From: Chrysemys picta bellii
Lineage: Eukaryota
Length of the DNA: 64,000 nucleotides
Direction: 5' to 3'
Assembly (NCBI RefSeq): GCF_011386835.1
Contig: NC_088794.1
Span: 4,836,001-4,900,000 of the forward strand
The notes below the pieces were generated by a model. It had not been told where the DNA came from, did not search any database, and saw only the letters and a list, made by a program, of their open reading frames with translations. This document shows, in pieces, positions 60,626 through 64,000 of the stretch (position 1 is the stretch's first letter; the number at the start of each line of letters is the position of its first letter). The position numbers and the translations under genes are program-made.

Positions 60626-61459
60626 TTCCCCCACATGTTGCTTTGCAGTTTTATTCCTAAACTCTGTTTCACGGACTATAAATTATAGGAAATAAATAAA
60701 ATGAACAAAAGAATCAGAATGAAGCTGGCATGCTCGGAGATCTTTTGTAGCAGCATCTGCAGAGACGAAGCAGAGCTCTTCAGTGTTAACCACCAGTTTA
60801 GGGAATATCCTCCTTTTTGCAGCCTGCCCTGACCTTGGCATTTTCAGTGAGGATTGCTCCTGGCACCTTCAGGTCACTGGGGGCAGAGAAGCCAGGAGGA
60901 GGATTTATGAGCATGACTCCTAGAGGAAATAGGGCATAGTGTTTCCTGGGCACAGACCTGGAGTGACAAACTTGAGGAGTTTCTGAGTACAGAGATTGCT
61001 GGCTGTTGATTGTTTCTACTGGTGTTCAGGGAAGCAGGACTTTGCGTATATTCTTTGTAACCTTCACCCCCCCCGGCATCGATTATACCAAAGAATGTAG
61101 CTGACTTGTATCATCAATTTTTCCTCCTAATACAATCAACCCTGCAGTGCCTCACAGCTTGCCACCACTTAGGAGAAGGGGGCACCCACATGCTCCGGAG
61201 CACTGATAATACCAGCCAAGCCTGCACACACGTGAGGGATAATTTCTGCAACGATAGTGAAGAAGGGAAGAGTCATCACTGGACGTGCCATGGATCTCCT
61301 GGGGGGAGGTGATGATCACAATGTCCTTGTGCATCTGCAGCTATGGATCAGTGCATGGGCCCATCCCTGTGGTGACCTCACCCTTTCATGTCAATCCAAC
61401 ACTACTGTCAGTCAGCACCACACCTTTGGTGTTACTGGGATATTTTCTAGGTTGGTGGC

Positions 61460-62432
61460 TGTGACATACCAGGGTCCAACCCAGACTAATCAGCAGCTGT
61501 GTCACACCTGCCTGCAACCTGGCAATGCCTTGCTGAAGGGGCTTCCACCTGGGTCACTGACAAACAACCGTCTAGCAGGCAAATCACACCCTGAGCATGT
61601 GTGTGTAACTGCAGCCTGGCCAGGAATAGTTGGGTTACACTCAGGCTCTCACCACCCTTGGTTATACTGCAGGGTGACCCCAACACACTCCCCAGTCTTT
61701 GATTTCTCTCCCGAAATGTATGTCCTGTGCTGCCCAGTCCTCTGCCTGACAATACAAGTTACAGTGTCCATTATTTCTTTAACAGCACTAATATCCATGC
61801 AACTTAGCTTCTCAGACACTTCTATTTAAACACACTGGATTCGATAAAACAACCCCACCAAAAGTTTATTGACTACAAAGATAGATTTTACGTGAGTGCA
61901 AATAAGGAGGAATAGAAGTCAGACATGGTTACAAAAAAAAATAAAGCTAGAATGCAATTTGTGCCTAAGTTAACAAATAAGGTGCTATTCAAAGCAAATG
62001 TTTCCTCACCACATGCTTTCAGCTGTGTTACTGACCAAACTACTTAGGTCAGCACCCCTCACCAAGTTCAAGGGCTGCTTCCTTTATTCCTTCAGATGCA
62101 GTGAATCAGTGGGCAGAGGCAGAGATAGAGAGAGAGAGTGAGCGGTGCTTTCGGATGTTTGCCCCTTCTTTTTATAGTCCTATCTCCGCTTTGAGAAACA
62201 TTTTCACCTGATACCAGGAGACACAAGCTCTATGTAGAAGGATGTTCTCTGCTGCTTTTTCCTCACCTTTTTGGTCTTCCTTTGTTTCCCTTCCTGCTTG
62301 ATGACTCTGGTTACTCTTTAGATGGAAAATTAAGCAGTGCACACTTTTCGTTGTTTAAGACAGACCAGTTTGCCAGCCTCAGTTTGGAACATGTATTAAT
62401 AACCTGATACAGTGTCATCTTATAACTTCACG
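61460..62432. mobile_element. Solo LTR family C
   Basis: Paralog of 9337-10311. Confidence 0.7.
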
Positions 62433-62434
62433 CA

Positions 62435-63234
62435 CAGTAACTCCTCACTTAACATTGTAGTTATGTTCCTGAAAAATGCAACTTTAATTCTTATGAGGAA
62501 ATTGAATTCGCTTAACACCTTTTTGCTTAATGTAAATGGGGGGGTTAGGTTCCAGGGAAATATTTTTTTGCCAGACAAAAGGCATTATATACATTTAAAA
62601 AATTTTTAACAAGCAATTTAATACAGGTATAAATTTTTAAAGAAACAGTTTAATACGACAACCATCATTGCTGAGTTTGAAGCAATGGGGGGCCCCCGCC
62701 GAACCCCACACAGGCACAGCTCAGTGGCACTGCAGACAATGAGGCAGGAAAGGAGGGTGAAGTTGCCATACGTAGGAGAAGCACATTGCATAGCAGGAGT
62801 GGCAGCTTCCCCTACTGTGCAAGCCCCAGGGCCGGGGGCTCAACACTCGGCCTGCCCATTCCAGCCCTTCCCCCAACACCCCACCCTTAACCCGCCTCTT
62901 CTCCCCCCCACCTCCTCCCCCTTTACTCCCCACGCCGTGTCCTTGCTCCTCCCCCTCCCTCCCCTGCCTCCTGAATGCCGCAAGCCATTTGATTGCTGTG
63001 GGCAGGAGTTGGGTGGAGCAGGGTGAAGGCGCTGATCTGTGGGGTCCACCGGCAGGAGGCACTGGCAGGGCGTATCGGAGCTGATAGAGGGGCTGCCAGC
63101 TGTGGATAAAGCAGGCAGCCAAACGACGTTATAGCGGAGCATTGCACAACTTTAAACGAGCAGATTCTGAAATGGAGCAGGAAAGTAAGTTCGAAACAAT
63201 GTTAAGCGAGAGGATGTTAAGTGGAGAGTTACTG
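62435..63234. mobile_element. Tigger/pogo-like MITE
   Basis: Same TIRs as 10314-11096; right flank TA. Confidence 0.75.
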
Positions 63235-64000
63235 TACATTATCAAATATATTGTATTAATATTTGCAATGAGAGCATGACTATTTCTAGTTGACTCATAG
63301 CTTTATTTAGCATCTTAAAGCTGAGCTCTGTGTGCAGATAATATGCATGCAAAAGGGATAGTTTTGTGAACATAGCATGCTGTGTTCTGCTCCTGAGCTC
63401 CTCTGGTCATCATGTGGTCTCCATCAAGCACAATGAGTAAATCTATCCTTCCTACTTTGGGAAGTGACCTAAGAAGGGAAGGACATAGCATACCATGGTG
63501 ATTGGCATGCTATAAATAGCTAGATAATCTGGAGTACTCTTACATGTCATACAGGTTTTACATTCCAAGTATTGGGGACAGGACAATGAAGTGATTCTGA
63601 AACCAGGAATGACTGAGAAGATATCAGCTACAGCTGCAAACAATTAGTACGTTTCACCTGTATCTAACTTTCTGTTCCTTTGATTCCAAATTTGTTGATA
63701 TGGCTGGTTGAAAATTTTTCTTGAGAAGTTTTTTTTATGGGACATTGGATTTTCAATTCAACTATTTTTTCCATAAAATTATGTTTCCCTGAAAATTATC
63801 AGCTTTCAATCAAAATACCAAACTCCCCTCCTCCCTAAACCATGGCTGTGGGTCTCTGGTGATGTTCCAGGGCAGATCAGCAAGAGGAGAGACCGTCATG
63901 CATCATGGGGGATATAGTTCAGCCTGGGAGCCTCTCCCATGGTGGTGTGTGGTATGTGATGCAACCCCGTGGTATTTTGAAGCAGAAATATTATGTTTTT

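Overview
Vertebrate genomic DNA, most likely a turtle (inferred from the Penelope, Harbinger/hAT MITE, CR1 and Gypsy-LTR repeat types; not database-confirmed). The window is part of a tandem class II olfactory receptor (OR5/8/9-like) cluster. It holds eight open single-exon OR genes on the + strand (311-312 aa), and a ninth is predicted about 1 kb past the right edge. The array was built by nested segmental duplication (a 3-gene unit of about 22-25 kb on top of single-gene units) with patchwork exchange between paralogs. Intergenic DNA is a layered transposon record: three co-duplicated remnants of a SCAN-gag Gypsy retrotransposon with 5' LTRs, solo LTRs of two other families, a full-length but disabled 2.5-kb Chapaev3-like DNA transposon whose transposase has a RAG1/Transib-like core, hAT/Tigger/Harbinger MITEs with readable TSDs, CR1 tails, and a Penelope fragment forming a 90-bp inverted repeat with minimal hammerhead motifs. 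I found no evidence of a wholly new biological system. The best leads are the RAG-like transposon, the hammerhead inverted repeat, a conserved homeodomain+O/E promoter motif, OR chimerism and an unexplained 88-nt hairpin. Nearly all other ORFs in the track are spurious frames over repeats. All calls are by eye, with no searches run.
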